Below are positions 1-12,340 of a stretch of 64,000 nucleotides of DNA, one piece after another (the stretch's first letter is position 1; every line of letters begins with the position of its first letter). The stretch is from Malacoraja senta (Eukaryota). Position numbers and translations under genes: made by a program. The stretch lies in the NCBI GenBank assembly GCA_038087875.1, contig CM075995.1, positions 4,590,001-4,654,000 on the forward strand. The letters are read 5' to 3'. The notes below the pieces were generated by a model that was not told where the DNA came from, made no database searches, and saw only the letters and a program-made list of their open reading frames with translations.

Positions 1-260
1 CACCTTATTACGAATGCTCCTTGCATTGAGACACAAAGCCTTCAGGCTTGTTTTTACAACGCTCTTACCCCTTATACAATTATGTTGAAAAGTGGCTCTT
101 TTTGATTTTTGCCCTGGATTTGTCTGCCTGCCACTTTTACCTTTCACCTTGCTACCTATTGCTTCCGCCCGCATTTTACACCCCTCTGTTTCTCTGCTCA
201 CCCATTTAAGAACCCCACCACCTCTTATTCTCTGTTTATTATTGTTTTCTTCTTTCGCTC
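1..260 (-). mobile_element. CR1 LINE fragment (ORF1/ORF2 linker and start of endonuclease)
   Basis: Reverse complement closely matches 30410-30665 (CLNARSIRNKV). Confidence 0.8.
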
Positions 261-494
261 CTCTTCTCTCCTTATCTGACATGCTTTTGTCTCCTTTCCA
301 CCTCTAACCTTTGTCACCTCCAGCAGCTGCTGTTTTTGGTACCTCTCATTATCTCAATCATTATCCTGCAGGCAGCTGCACAGTAAAATGCACAAAGGTG
401 CTGGGTTCAATTCCCCCTTGTGTGCTACATTAACAACATCGCCATGGTAACACCAGCAATGCAGAGTCAGCAGCAGCATCCCTGGGTGAGAAAT

Positions 495-602
495 AGGGAA
501 AAACAGCCAGGGTTGTTTTCCCTGCTACACGTCCGATTCACTGTTGCCAGGGAAAAACAGCGAGGGTTGTTTTCCCTGCTACACGTCCGATTCACTGTTG
601 CC
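495..602. repeat. 54-bp tandem duplication (2 copies, 1 mismatch)
   Basis: agggaaaaacagc(c/g)agggttgttttccctgctacacgtccgattcactgttgcc at 495-548 and 549-602. Confidence 0.95.
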
Positions 603-735
603 AGTGCAACACAGGGAAACATCGACAGATGTATTTAAAGAAATAACCTACAAGTGATACTGTGGCAATAAAGACAATTCTTTATACAGATAATCACGGC
701 AAGAAAACAAACCAGTCCATGCTTCAGTGACATAC

Positions 736-787
736 CTGTAATGATGCACAGCAACACAGCGTTGAGGAAAATGCACACGGGAATCAT
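736..787 (-). CDS. KIAA0319: First coding exon (signal peptide MIPVCIFLNAVLLCIIT-G) of a probable KIAA0319 orthologue; gene continues left of the window
   Basis: ATG plus 17 mostly hydrophobic codons plus 1 nt, then donor ACAG|gtatgt; probable acceptor gtctctgttctag gives exon 736-866. Human KIAA0319 starts with a similar short signal-peptide exon (MAPPTGVLSSLLLLVTIA-G) and lies downstream of TDP2 on the same strand. Identity rests on synteny and exon structure only. Confidence 0.65.
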
Positions 788-1067
788 TTCTCAGGCAAGA
801 AAAACATGCACAAGTGTAATTTTTTCTTCTTTCCTTTTCCTCTCTCCAGTTGCAAATTCAGAGGCACTAGAACAGAGACCTGATGATCAGTCTTCATTTA
901 TTATATCAGTTTGATACTTCATACTTGATTAACTTAATTTATGCAATGCTGCTAAAGTGTCTTGCATGCAATTAAGGTACCAATAATTGGCTGAAGCATG
1001 ATGCCATTGTGTAGAAGATTAGAAGTGATATTTTTTAATATTTCTCCCTCAGAATCAGGCCGTCTTT

Positions 1068-1510
1068 TAGTTTGGTTTAGTTTTGAGATACAGCGCGAAA
1101 ACAGGCCCTTCAGCCCACCAAGTCCGCACCGACCAGCGATCCCCACACACTAACAGTATCCTACACACACCAGAGACAATTTACATTTATACCCAGCCAA
1201 TTAATCTATAACCTATAATCCCATCAGTCCGAAGAAGGGTTTCGGCCCGAAACGTTGCCTATTTCCTTCGCTCCATAGATGCTGCCTCACCTGCTGAGTT
1301 TCTACAGCATTTTTTCTATCTTCGATTTTCCAGCATCTGCAGTTCCTTCTTAAACAACCTATAAACCTGTACATCTTTGGAGAGTGGGAGAAAACCGAAG
1401 ATCACGGGGAGAACGTACAAACTCCTTACAGACAAGCACCCATAGTCTTGATGGAACCCGGTCTCTGGTGCTGGAAGGCAGCAACTCTACCGCTGCGCCA
1501 CTGTGCCACC
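1068..1510 (-). mobile_element. tRNA-derived SINE with a Penelope-tail insertion (~1221-1356)
   Basis: Minus-strand head ggtggcacagtggcgcagcggtagagttgctgcc and (aaact)n tail; related copies near 16890-17180, 37905-38060, 46700-47020, 49990-50375, 50840-51120 and 51612-51925. Confidence 0.75.
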
Positions 1511-2679
1511 CTTTATTTTTATTTTTTTTACGGGTTGGACTGCTTTCAGTTAGTTACTGTCTTTCAACTCTTGTTTTATATTTGTTTCCAGCATTTTTTA
1601 ATTTCAGATTTCCAGCATCTGCAGTTTTATTGTAGTTCATTCATATTCCATTTATTATTTAGACAATATCTTAATTATTAACCAAGCTAACACATTCAGC
1701 TAACAGTCAGTATCAACATATGACACTTTTAGATAGGCATGTGAATAAGTAGGGAATGGAGAGATATGGAACATATGCAGACGGAAGGGATTTAGTTTAA
1801 GTAGACACCATGTTCAGCAGAGCCTTTGGGAGCTGAAAGGTCCATTCTTGTGCTGAACTGTTCTATATTCTATGACTCGTTAAACACCACCACAACTAGA
1901 AAGTCATACATTGGGTGGGAGTATTTCAAATTAGTGTAAATAAAATCATGAGAGGAATAGATTGGGTAGATGTACAGAGTATCCTGTCCAGAGTAGGGGA
2001 AATCGAGAATCAGAGGCTATAGGTTTAAGGTTAGAGGGGAAAGATTTAATAAGAACCCGAGGAATAACTTTTTCATGCAAAAGGTGGGAGGTGTATGGAA
2101 CGAGCTGCCAGAGGAGGTCGTTGTGGCGGAACTATCGCAACGTTTAAGAAACATTTAGAGAGGTACATGGATAGGACAGGTTTGGAGGGATATGGACCAA
2201 GCGCCGGCAGGAGGGACTAGTGTAGATGGGATGTTTGCCGGTGTGGGCAAGTTGAGCTGAAGGGCCTGTTTTCATGTTGTAAGATCCTATGACTCTATAT
2301 GGTCCAATTCTGGATCATTGGACACCAACTGGACCAATGGATGTATGGACATTGGGGAAGGAGATGATCAAGCTTGATCCCTGCCATGTAAATATCCCCA
2401 TTAACACACACTTGGTTACCATTAGAATGTCATAGCAAGGAGGGGAAAAATCAATACTTGTTTAACTATATCACAGCAGCTATCATCGCTTTCAAGAGAG
2501 GACAAGATAGAAAAGGGATTTTTTTTTATTGACAAATGGTGGCTTTTAAATTAGAGTGCTTTTGGAAATCAACTCAGAAGACTAACCAGAAGGCAGTAGC
2601 TGGATAGTGTTAGCTCAGCTTAGTTGAAGCACCCACAACATAGATTCAGAAGCTAATGGGTCAATTTCCCAAAGACATC

Positions 2680-3085
2680 ACGATACGATACGATAGAACT
2701 TTATTAATCCCAGGAGGGGAATTGGTCTGCCAGCAGTCATAAAACACAACAAGATACATGAAACATGAAATTAACGTGACAAATGGAAAGTCCACACTTC
2801 CGTGAGTGGTGGAAGATGGCACTGGCCACCACCGATTGATAGAACATCTGCAGACGATGAAAGTGCGGAGCCTCCTCAGAAAGTACAGCCGGCTCTGCCC
2901 CTTCTTATACAGTGCCTCAGCGTTCCAGGACCAGTCAAGTTTATTGTCCAGGAAAACTCCCAAGGTACTTATACTCCTTGGTAAACTGCACATCCACACC
3001 CTTGACGGAGACAGGGGACAGGGGTGTTCCTCTCCTCCCAAAGACCACCACTAACGCCTCAGTCTTGTCGGTGTTGAGCTGCAGT
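2680..3085 (-). mobile_element. Rex/L2-type LINE 3' fragment
   Basis: LGVFLDNKLDWSWN...KKGQSRLYFLRRLR; related copy at 51927-52555. Confidence 0.75.
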
Positions 3086-3623
3086 TGCCCCTCAGGTTCC
3101 TACTCATTTTTCCGCCCTGCTACCTTAAGTTCTCAAGTTCTTGATTTCCCTGCTCTAGCTAAAAGACTGTGCATTTACCCTATCTATTCCTCTCATGATC
3201 TTATATACCATTGCAAGGACATCCCTCATTTTCCTGGACGTCAAAGAATAAAGTCCACGTTTCCCTCTAGCTCAGGACCTGAAGCCTTGGCAATATTCTC
3301 GTAAGTCTTCTCTATACTCTTTCCAGCTTAACAACATCTTTCCCATAATAGGATGATCAAAACTGAACACAATACTCTAAATGTGGCCTCACCAATGTCT
3401 CCTGTAACACCTGTAACATGACCTCCAAACATCAATACTCTGACTGATTAAAGCCAGTGTGCCGAAAGCATTCTTGACCACCCCATCTACTTGTGACGCC
3501 ACCTTCAAGGAACTATTTACCTGTACTCCTAGATCCCTCTGCTCTACACCACTCCCCAGAGCCCTGCCATTTACTGTGTAGGTCCTGCCCATGTTAGACT
3601 TCCCAAAATGCAACATCTCTCAC

Positions 3624-4538
3624 TTCTCTATATTAAACTCCATCAACCATTCCTCCGCCCACCTAGCCAGTCGATCAAGATCCTGTTGCAATTTTTTAGC
3701 ACTACCTTCCCAATCTACAATAGCACCCATTTAAGTGTCATCTGCAAACTTACTAATCCTGCCTCAACTACATCTGATGGCATCTCGTTGCACCTTAGGT
3801 CACGTGATAGGAGCAGAATTAGGCCATTTGGCCCATCAAGTCTACTCCACCATTCAATCATGGCTGATCTATCTCTCCCTCCAAACCCCATTCTCCTGCC
3901 TTCTCTCCATAACTCCTGACACCCGTACTAATCAAGAATCTATCTATCTCTGCCTTAAAAATATCCATTGATTGACCTCCACACAGCCGTCTGTGGCAAA
4001 GAATGCCACAGATTCACCACCAACATACTGATTTCCCAATCCTGGGTAAAAAGCACTGTGCATTCACCCCATTTATTCCTCTCATCATTAATACACGTCT
4101 GTAAGACCACCCCTCATCCGCCCATGCTCCAAGGAATAAAATCCTAACCAATCCAATCTCTCCTTATAGCTAAGGCCCTCGAATCGTGGCAACATCCTCG
4201 TAAATCTTCTCTGCACACTTTCCAGCTTAATGGCATCTTTCCCACAAGGAGGGGAAACATTCACCGACCAAATCATGTCATGCATCATTCCTTTCACAAA
4301 TAAATAATAACGTTTTGCTCAGAATTTCGAACAACCCCCTAATAGAAGTGAGCGGACATTCATTACAAGTGTCCCACCTCACCGTGACAATAAAAACATT
4401 CTGTAATGATAGCCTCGCTAATCCCACTGGCAATGTCGTAAACTGTTCGATCAATCTGGTGGAAGGGTGGAGCCCACAATGGCCCATTGTTGGCTGGGGA
4501 AGAGGTGATAACAAAGGGATACAAGGATGCGAACAGTC
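3624..4538 (+). repeat. Copy A of a ~0.91 kb direct duplication (copy B at 62113-63020)
   Basis: Colinear match, including the same TE/TE and TE/unique junctions. Confidence 0.92.
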
Positions 4539-4993
4539 GAACTAGAGGGGGGGGGGAGAGGGAGGGAATGCGGGGGTTACTTGACATTACAGAAATCAAC
4601 GTTCATACCGTTGGATAGACACAAAAAGCTGGAGTAACTCAGCAGGATAGGCAGCATCTCTGGAGAGATGGAATGGCTGACGTTTCAGGTCGAGACCCTT
4701 CTTCATACCGCTAGGTTGTAAGCTGCCCAAGCGAAATACGAGGTGTTGTTCCTCCAATTTGCTGTGTGGAAATTGCCCCCCCTTATCACTTTAACCGCAG
4801 TGGGAGAGGCCACCAACTCGGAGGCTTTATTGATTTTTTTAATTCAAAATAAATCTCCACGTTATTCGTACTGATAATTGAATTACGCACTCATTCCAGT
4901 GCAGACTTACTCCAGCATTTCGTGTCTATCTTTGGTATAAATCAGCTTCTGCAGGTTCAGTCTGAAGAAAGCTCTCCCTCCCCCTGAAACGCC

Positions 4994-5191
4994 ACCCATC
5001 CCTTCTCTCCAGAGATGCTGCCTGACCCGCTGAGTCACTCCAGCTTTGTGTGTCCATCTTCAGTGTAAACCATGCATCTGCAGTTCCTTCCTACCCATCC
5101 CTTCTCTCCAGAGATGCTGCCTGACCCGCTGAGTCACTCCAGCTTTGTGTGTCCATCTTCGGTTTAAACCATGCATCTGCAGTTCCTTCCT
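4994..5191 (+). repeat. 99-bp tandem duplication of a Penelope-type tail
   Basis: Units 4994-5092 and 5093-5191 are near-identical. Confidence 0.85.
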
Positions 5192-5253
5192 CACACACCA
5201 TTCCATCTGCAGTTAGTTCCTTGTTGTGACACATAAGCAGGCTGCTTCCTTAC

Positions 5254-5490
5254 CTGGGCGATCCCGTGATGGTTCTTCTGTAAGGCAAGGTTGTGGCAGG
5301 GAACCGGGTTCATCCGCTTGGCTGCCTTTACGGAACCCCGACCCTAAGCTTGAGTCAACGCCTGTAGTGTCCCGGCAGCGAGTCACTGGAGCTCTCCTCC
5401 CCGGTCCCACATGCGATGTGGTGCCGTGAGCTCATTGCACGCTAATCCTCAGCCCATCCCCAGCCGACGCTCACATCTGCCGCCTCATTG
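5254..5490 (-). other. Candidate non-coding first exon/promoter of the KIAA0319-like gene
   Basis: Non-repetitive CpG-containing segment between repeats, ending in a strong donor CCCAG|GTAAGG at 5254/5253; 5' end approximate. Confidence 0.5.
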
Positions 5491-5990
5491 TAAGGGAGAA
5501 AATACTCCCCAAGTATCTCACTGCCGGGATTAAAAAGGTCACCCCTAATACAATTATCAATGGCCAAAATTCTACAACACTTAACCCTCTCTACTCTCAC
5601 TTTAAAGACAAATCACTGAGGCAGCGTTTGCAAGAGTCAGCAGTATCTTTGGTCAGCATTGAGGCCTCTCCCTCTTAACAATATGCCAGAGAGGGTTGCA
5701 GACAAGGGTCTCCGACCCTTTGTCAGAAATGAGAAAGGAAGAGATGCAAGTTTGCTTTGTGGCAGAGAAGGGGGGGGGGAGAGGGGATTGATGTGCAGAA
5801 CAAAGAGAAAACAAGAAACTGCAGATGCTGACATCTTGAGCAAAACACAAAGTGTTGGAGGAACTCAGTGGGTCAGCCAGATGGGTTAGGGAATGGACAG
5901 ACGTTTGTTGACTTTTGTCAACAGCGTTTGTCAACGATTGTTGATTTTGGAAGGGGAAAGCATAGGATCCACAAACCTGTTTTCATCAAT

Positions 5991-6322
5991 AGGGGGGTTG
6001 CACGTAAGGTCATCAGGTCCAAGGGCGTGATGCACGCAGCAGCTTGATCCATGTGGAGGACATGGCAGCCACTGTTAATACACGACACGCGTACTTTCTT
6101 ACTTGTTAAAAATCAATTTTTGCGCTGTAAATAATTGTGGAAATCGGGGTAACCGTGAGAGACATTTATCTTACTTCAGAATTCCAAAAGTGAGGAGAAA
6201 TTATGGTACAGAGAAGCGACAGCTGAAGGGACAACAACAGCTGAAGTGGTTGGTGAACATTGGCTGTGCAGATATCAAGATTGAAAATATTGGGAATTAT
6301 CACATTTGCTCACTGCATTTCA
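5991..6322 (+). mobile_element. Truncated ISL2EU-like DNA transposon left end with THAP coding remnant
   Basis: at|AGGGGGGTTGCACG terminus as at 55166; translation FCAVNNC...FRIP...KW...ICSLHF is a THAP C2CH pattern. Confidence 0.75.
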
Positions 6323-6757
6323 AAGTTGCAATCGAGCAACACTCAGTCCTTCCAGCAAGTTTTTAGCTCAACAGGAGAGGGAGGATGCAATTGCATTGTT
6401 TTTTAAAGTCCTCGAAGCAAGAGGAAGGGGAGGCAGTGCTGGAGATACACCCCTGCACAGCTGGGGGCTATGGGTCAGTGCTGGAACATGGTGGAATGGA
6501 ATGGGTGAGTGATGGAATATTGCGTTGGGGAACGGGTTGCGTTGGGGGACCAGGCCTCCCTTGGGGGCTATGGGTGAGTGGTGGAATATTGCGTTGGGGG
6601 ACCAGGCCTCCCGTGTGACAGGGACCCAACTGGTCTCAGTTAGTCTTGTATATATTACTAAAACTCTCAACTTTTGTGTGTTTGCATGTTTGTTTGCATG
6701 CTTTTCAAGACCTGAACTATGCCAGAACTGTAGATTGGTTACTTCACACTAACCAAT

Positions 6758-6940
6758 TGTAATGCTTATTAGTAGAAGCTCTGCCCACCATGCGGTTTAT
6801 ATTGTCAGAACTCAGCTCCTGTTAGTCGAATAGCTGCTACGCCTGTTATAACGCTGAAGTATACTGTAATTGAACTTTAATAAACAATGTTGTACCATGT
6901 TGTGCGAATGACACATTTACATGGTGGCAAGAAGTGGTTT
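6758..6940 (+). mobile_element. Short LTR (TGTAA...TTACA, 6758-6921) followed by a tRNA-Leu-like PBS
   Basis: Inverted termini, internal AATAAA, then TGGTGGCAAGAAGTGG, resembling the Leu PBS TGGTGTCAGAAGTGG. Confidence 0.55.
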
Positions 6941-7212
6941 CCTACTCTGGGGGTATAGATATCAGTCATTGTACCTTTATATTTTTTGTCTCCTTAGTAT
7001 TTGTATTACTTGAGTTACTTTTAACTTTTATCCTTTGTATTTTAAATTTGGTAACTCTGCATGTTTATGTAAGCCTGTGTTTGTTGCTGTTTGTTTTTGT
7101 AAGGCCTTGTGTAAGCGTTTGGGTTCTTCTCTCGCAGCTTGTTCTGCAATGAGTGTAAATCATGGTGACTGGTGGTGGCCGTTATATGACCTTTGTAACT
7201 CTGTAAACATAC

Positions 7213-9800
7213 TATAGCTGGATGAGCAAGAGATAAGGGGGGCCAAGATAGGAGAAGTCTTGTGGTTTAAACAAGGATGGATTAAGAGATGGAAAATAAC
7301 TGGGGTAGGAGGGGAGGTGTGATTGCAAGTAATTGGTTATTGATAAGGGAATGTCTGCAAGTGATTTGGTATGGAAATGTACGGGTGGTGGGACGTACAG
7401 AGTTAAACATGCCATAAAAAGAAGCAACTCCTTGTGTGAAGTGGGCAGTCAAGCAATTGACTCTTTGATTGTTCCAGCCTTGATTTGCAAATAAAGGTTT
7501 GAACTTCTTGAAGAATTCTTGAAGAATTCTCCGCGTCGCCTGACTTAATTTTGAGTATCAGTAACCACGACAAAACTGCCGCAGCGAGCAGGGTCGGAAA
7601 GAGACCCGTTCGGTAAAGAACGAACAGCCAAGGGCGCTTCCCAGCCCCTCAGGGGCTCACGGGGACAACAGGACAAGGGTGGCCACCCGCAAAAAGATAG
7701 GTGGTTTTCCACTTCATTTGGACTAACGACCTGTTGTAAACGGGAAGCTACTGGGGACACAGAAGCGTCTAGGCAGTCAGAGAGCCTCTCCAATCCAAAG
7801 AATCTGTCACTAAAATTATTCTAAGAGGAAACTCGGAGGATTACTCGAGAAGACTGCGCAGTAGGGTAAGTAGAAAATAATTGATCTGAGAAAGTTGATT
7901 CCGTGTGATGTGAATTAGATCTTGTGGATACCGTCCTAAGAAGAGTAGGGGACTGAATGGACAAGGCATTCTGTGGATACCACCCTAGGTAAATAGGGGT
8001 CTGTACGGGCAGGATAAGAATTAGACCTTGTGGATACCACCCTAAGAAGAGTAGGGGGTCTGAACAGACAAGGCATTCTGTGGATACCGCCTTAGGTAAA
8101 TAGGGGTCTGTACGGGCAGGATAAGACGTTCTGTGGATACCGCATCAGGTAAATAGGGGTCTGTACGGGGAGAACAGTTAAAGTCAGGGAGAATAGGGAC
8201 TAATTAGATAACATAAAATTGCAAATTGTTAAGGGGCAAAGTAGGATTGTGGAAAATAATAAAAGTAGTGTATAAGATAGTATAGTAACTACAGGAACAG
8301 GACGGAAAAACATGGCAACCCTGTTTATAGAAGAGGGGGGATGAAGGAACAAATTCGGTGGGGAATGAGGAACAAAGTCGGGAATAGTGCAGACCACCTC
8401 CCCATATAAGATCCCGAAGGGGGGGGAGGCTCTACAGGGAAGGGCACCCCCAGACGAAAATGATACTGATAGCGACTTGGAGACTGAAATGGCAGATGAG
8501 AAAGAAGACGGGAAAGGGCTGAGGCAGAAGGAGCAGTATTGAATGCAGCAGTGAGAGAGTTAAACAACGCAGAGCACCTGAGAGAGAAACAGCAAAGAAG
8601 AAGAAAGAAAGCATGAGAATCGAGGCTGCTCAAGACCTTTAAATCCAAGCCAACAGCCTGTACTTTTGTTTAAAATAAACATGCCTTCGAACTTTGAATA
8701 ACTTTTGGTACAGAGTAGCGAGCTTGCCTCTGCTGAAGAGAGACAAAGAGGAGAGTTTTTGGCTTTGTTTGTGGAGATTGATGGATATGGGGTGTGGCAC
8801 AACCCTGAATGACAGGGAGTCTGACCAATCACAATCTGGACCAATGTCCAATCACAGTGCCCAGGATCCTGACTGACAGGAAATTGAACCATCCCACTGT
8901 AAATTATGCTGGCCTGCCCATTCCTAGCAGATTAATCCTATTTCATTTTAACTCTCTCATTCCAACAAGGACACTCACAACTTATGGACAATGCTTTCAC
9001 AACTTAAAGACAACAATAGCAAACTGCAAGCCTCAGTCCTCCCAGTCCCCCTGGCCATTATTAAGTGCAATGCCTATATGAGTAGCCCGACAAAGCAGTC
9101 TCCCAGGGGAATGCCCTAGCTGACAGTATTGCCCACATGGCAGCTTGTAAATTCTTCACACTGGTCCCCACAGAACCAAAAATTCTAGTAAACAGAACGG
9201 TCTTGTCAGACAGAAGGGAGGTTTAGAAATTACAAAGGGACGCCTTTGTACATGAGAAACAACTATGGAAACTAGAGGGCTGCGCCATGACCATTGACGG
9301 GCCTCTGGCTCACTGCTCTTGGATCAAATTTGTGTACGTTGGAAAGGAGGAAAGGGAATGTGGAATGTAGCTTAAACTTTGAAGCTTCTATAAATGAGCA
9401 GTGTCTAAGAGGGAGGAGTATCAATAACGGAGAGAGAGGGTCGAGAGGGATTCAGGGATGTCTAAATGTGTGTTTTGGATCGTGACTGTTCTTCAGTATG
9501 TGTTGAATTTATGAACAATGTATGAACGTATTTGGGTGTGTCAAAGTATTAAGTTGCGTGATTTCTTTGAGGTGAGAATGAGAAGACTGTTACTTGTTTG
9601 TGGAACCAGTTTTGGATGAATGCTGATTTAATCCTACACTTCAAATGAAATAGGAGGATATCATTGAATGAGCTTGCTATTTTACTTGATAAATCTTTGC
9701 AGTCTGTGTTTCAAGAGGTAGTGTGTCTCTTTAAGAAATTGCAATTGTATGGGGGTGGAGCCACACACAATTATTTTCTTTTCCTTTGTTCTTTGCAAGT
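7213..9800 (+). mobile_element. Internally deleted endogenous retrovirus (class I-like)
   Basis: LTR 3' part with AATAAA ending GACA at 7572; PBS TGCCGCAGCGAGCAGGGT at 7577-7594 (17/18 to tRNA-Ser); leader tandem repeats ~7910-8170; RNase H remnant LAIIKCNAY.../QGNALADSIA at 9051-9133; PPT AAGAGGGAGGAG at 9407-9418. Confidence 0.7.
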
Positions 9801-11011
9801 GGAAAATAGGTGCAGGAGTAGGCCATTCGGCCCCTCAAATTCGTTAGCAATCTATGAAAATTAACTGTTTATTCTTTGTTCTCCTGTTCCCAGGGTGTCG
9901 CTCTGTCTGTCCTGGTAGCATCCTCCCAAATCCTGTCGGGATACTTGACATCCAGTCCCAAGCCAAACAACTCATTGCATTTTCATTTCACCTCCATTGC
10001 CATTGCACTTTCAAGCACAGGGCAGGCCAAGCCAAACAGCTCATTTCATTTTCATTAAGGGCCAACAAATCATTTATTGCAAGTACATTGCGGACACACA
10101 GTTCAGTTGATTCACAGCTTAGAATGAGTCGTGGCCTCTCCCTCACAATCTTGCAGAGTGACTGAGTCATGTCCAGGCATCCGGGGTTTTATAGTCCCTC
10201 CCCCCAGAAGGGGCGTTACCTTCATCGCGGTGATTGACAGGCAAGAGGATCTCAAGGTTTTTTAAACACTCATAACTCTTTTATTTTTCATCGATGGGAA
10301 AAATCATAGCCATACATGGTAGCGTTGTTTCTAAAATCAATATACAGCGCAGACAGGAAGTGGTCAAGATGAGATTTTACAAGTTATTAACATTTTAAAC
10401 TTTACAAACAACACTTTTCCACTTGCCCTGCCCGTCAGCTGCGTTCGATGTCACAATGGGATCCCAACGCATCACAACGGTAAGATTGCCACAGGATCCA
10501 CGCCACGCAGTTAGGGAGGGTTGCCGGGCCTGCTGTCCGCGCGTGCACAATTGGGGGTAGCCGGGCCCGATGCCATTTTGAGATTGTCAGGCTCGCCTGA
10601 CAATAGACAATAGGTGCAGGAGTAGGCCGTTCGGCCTGCTCAGTTGCCCCGCTGCCGTCTTGACTCGCGCCACAACAGCGATCTCTGGCGTCACAACAGA
10701 GACCAGTCGGCCACACCTGCGCATTTGGGGTAGGATTGCCGGGCCACGATCACCATTTTAACATCCAGCGTCGTGTATAGGTGAGTGCTATTGGGGGAAT
10801 ATTGCTTTGGGGGAGAGGGACCTTTAATAAACCTGGTAGTCACGCTCCCACTTGCCGGCCGCGCCTGCGCAGTTGGTGGAGGCCCGTCAGCCGCGTCACA
10901 AATTAAAATGGTGCCGGTGACGAGGCAGTGTCGCAAAATAGGGCCGTCTCCCCGCGCGTAGATAATGGGCCCGGTATCCGCACGTGTGGAATTTGAATAA
11001 TAACTGAATGT

Positions 11012-11675
11012 TCTCTGAGCATGCACATCTCTGAAGATCTTTCCTGGTCCCAGAACACTGATGCCATTATTAAGAAAGCCCATCAGCGCCTCTACTTCCT
11101 GAGAAGATTACGGAGAGTCATTTTGTCAAGGAGGACTCTCTCTAACTTCTACAGGTGCACAGTAGAGAATGCTGACCAGTTGCATCGTGGCTTGGTTCGG
11201 CAACTTGAGCGCCATGGAGAGGAAAAGACTACAAAAAGTAGTAAACACTGCCCAGTCCATCATCGGATCTGACCTCCCTTCCATCGAGGGGAACTATCAG
11301 TCGCTGCCTCAAAAAGGCTGGCAGTATCATCAAGGACCCACACCATCCTGGCCACACACTCATCCCCCGACTACCTTCAGGTAGAAGGTACAGGAGCCTG
11401 AAGACTGCAACAACCAGGTTCAGGAATAGCTACTTCCCCACAGCCATCAGGCTATTAAACCTGGCTCGGACAAAACACTGAACTTTATTAGCCAATTAAC
11501 TTATTTGCACTTTATCAGAATATTGATTCATGTGTGTATATATTTATAGAATGGTATATGGACACACTGATCTGTTTTGTAGTCAATGCCTACTATGTTC
11601 TGTTGTGCTGAAGCAAAGCAAGAATTTCATTGTCCTATCAGGGACACATGACAATAAACTCACTTGAACTTGAAC
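11012..11675 (+). mobile_element. Rex/L2-type LINE 3' fragment
   Basis: HISEDLSWSQNT...KKAHQRLYFLRRLR...FYRCTVE and tail aataaactcacttgaacttgaac; related copy at 41035-41655. Confidence 0.8.
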
Positions 11676-12340
11676 GTTTCCCCACCCGTGCGCAGTGGGC
11701 CCAGTATCCACAATTTGAACCCCTCGCATGCGTAGGGGGCCCGGTATCCGCGCGTGTGGAATTTAAAATAACTGAAAGTCTCCCCTGTGCAGAATGCCTG
11801 GTATGAAGGAATATGGCATGGAAGATGAAGGAATATGCCTTATCAGATGAAGGAATATGCCTTAGGTAAGAGTTTTTCTACTTTAACTAAAATGAGAATA
11901 GTGAATTCCAATACAGAATGTCCAATTTTATTTTCCACAACTTTCAGAATGATTCAGTCACAATTAACAATCTAAGACTCAAACATAACTTTGAAATGAA
12001 GTCATAATTTAGTGTTCAGGAGCACGTTACCGAAATGCCTTTGTAAACACATAATTGGAACAAAAAAAGTTTGTGCACATATATTTTTAAAAAATGGCAA
12101 GTCTGGTTGAATCAAACTTTATTGCAAGTCATTGGAGATTAAGAAAAAAAATTGGCTTTTCTTTTAGATACAACTCCAATCAAAATAAACTCTTTCAAAA
12201 ACCAGTCCGGGCTATTTAGGGTTGCCTTTGCCGATTTTCACATCGCCATTTTAATCTACTTCCCAACGGCAGTGGCCTGCGAAGTTTTGTGGAATTTTGC
12301 ATTGGCAGAATCGGGCCCCGCACTTGGTCTAGTATTTAGA

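Noticed and set aside
7910..8170. CRISPR-like spaced repeats (tgtggatacc...taggggtctg)
   Set aside because: Eukaryotic DNA; the intervening sequences are themselves repeated; it lies in a retroviral leader; no cas genes.
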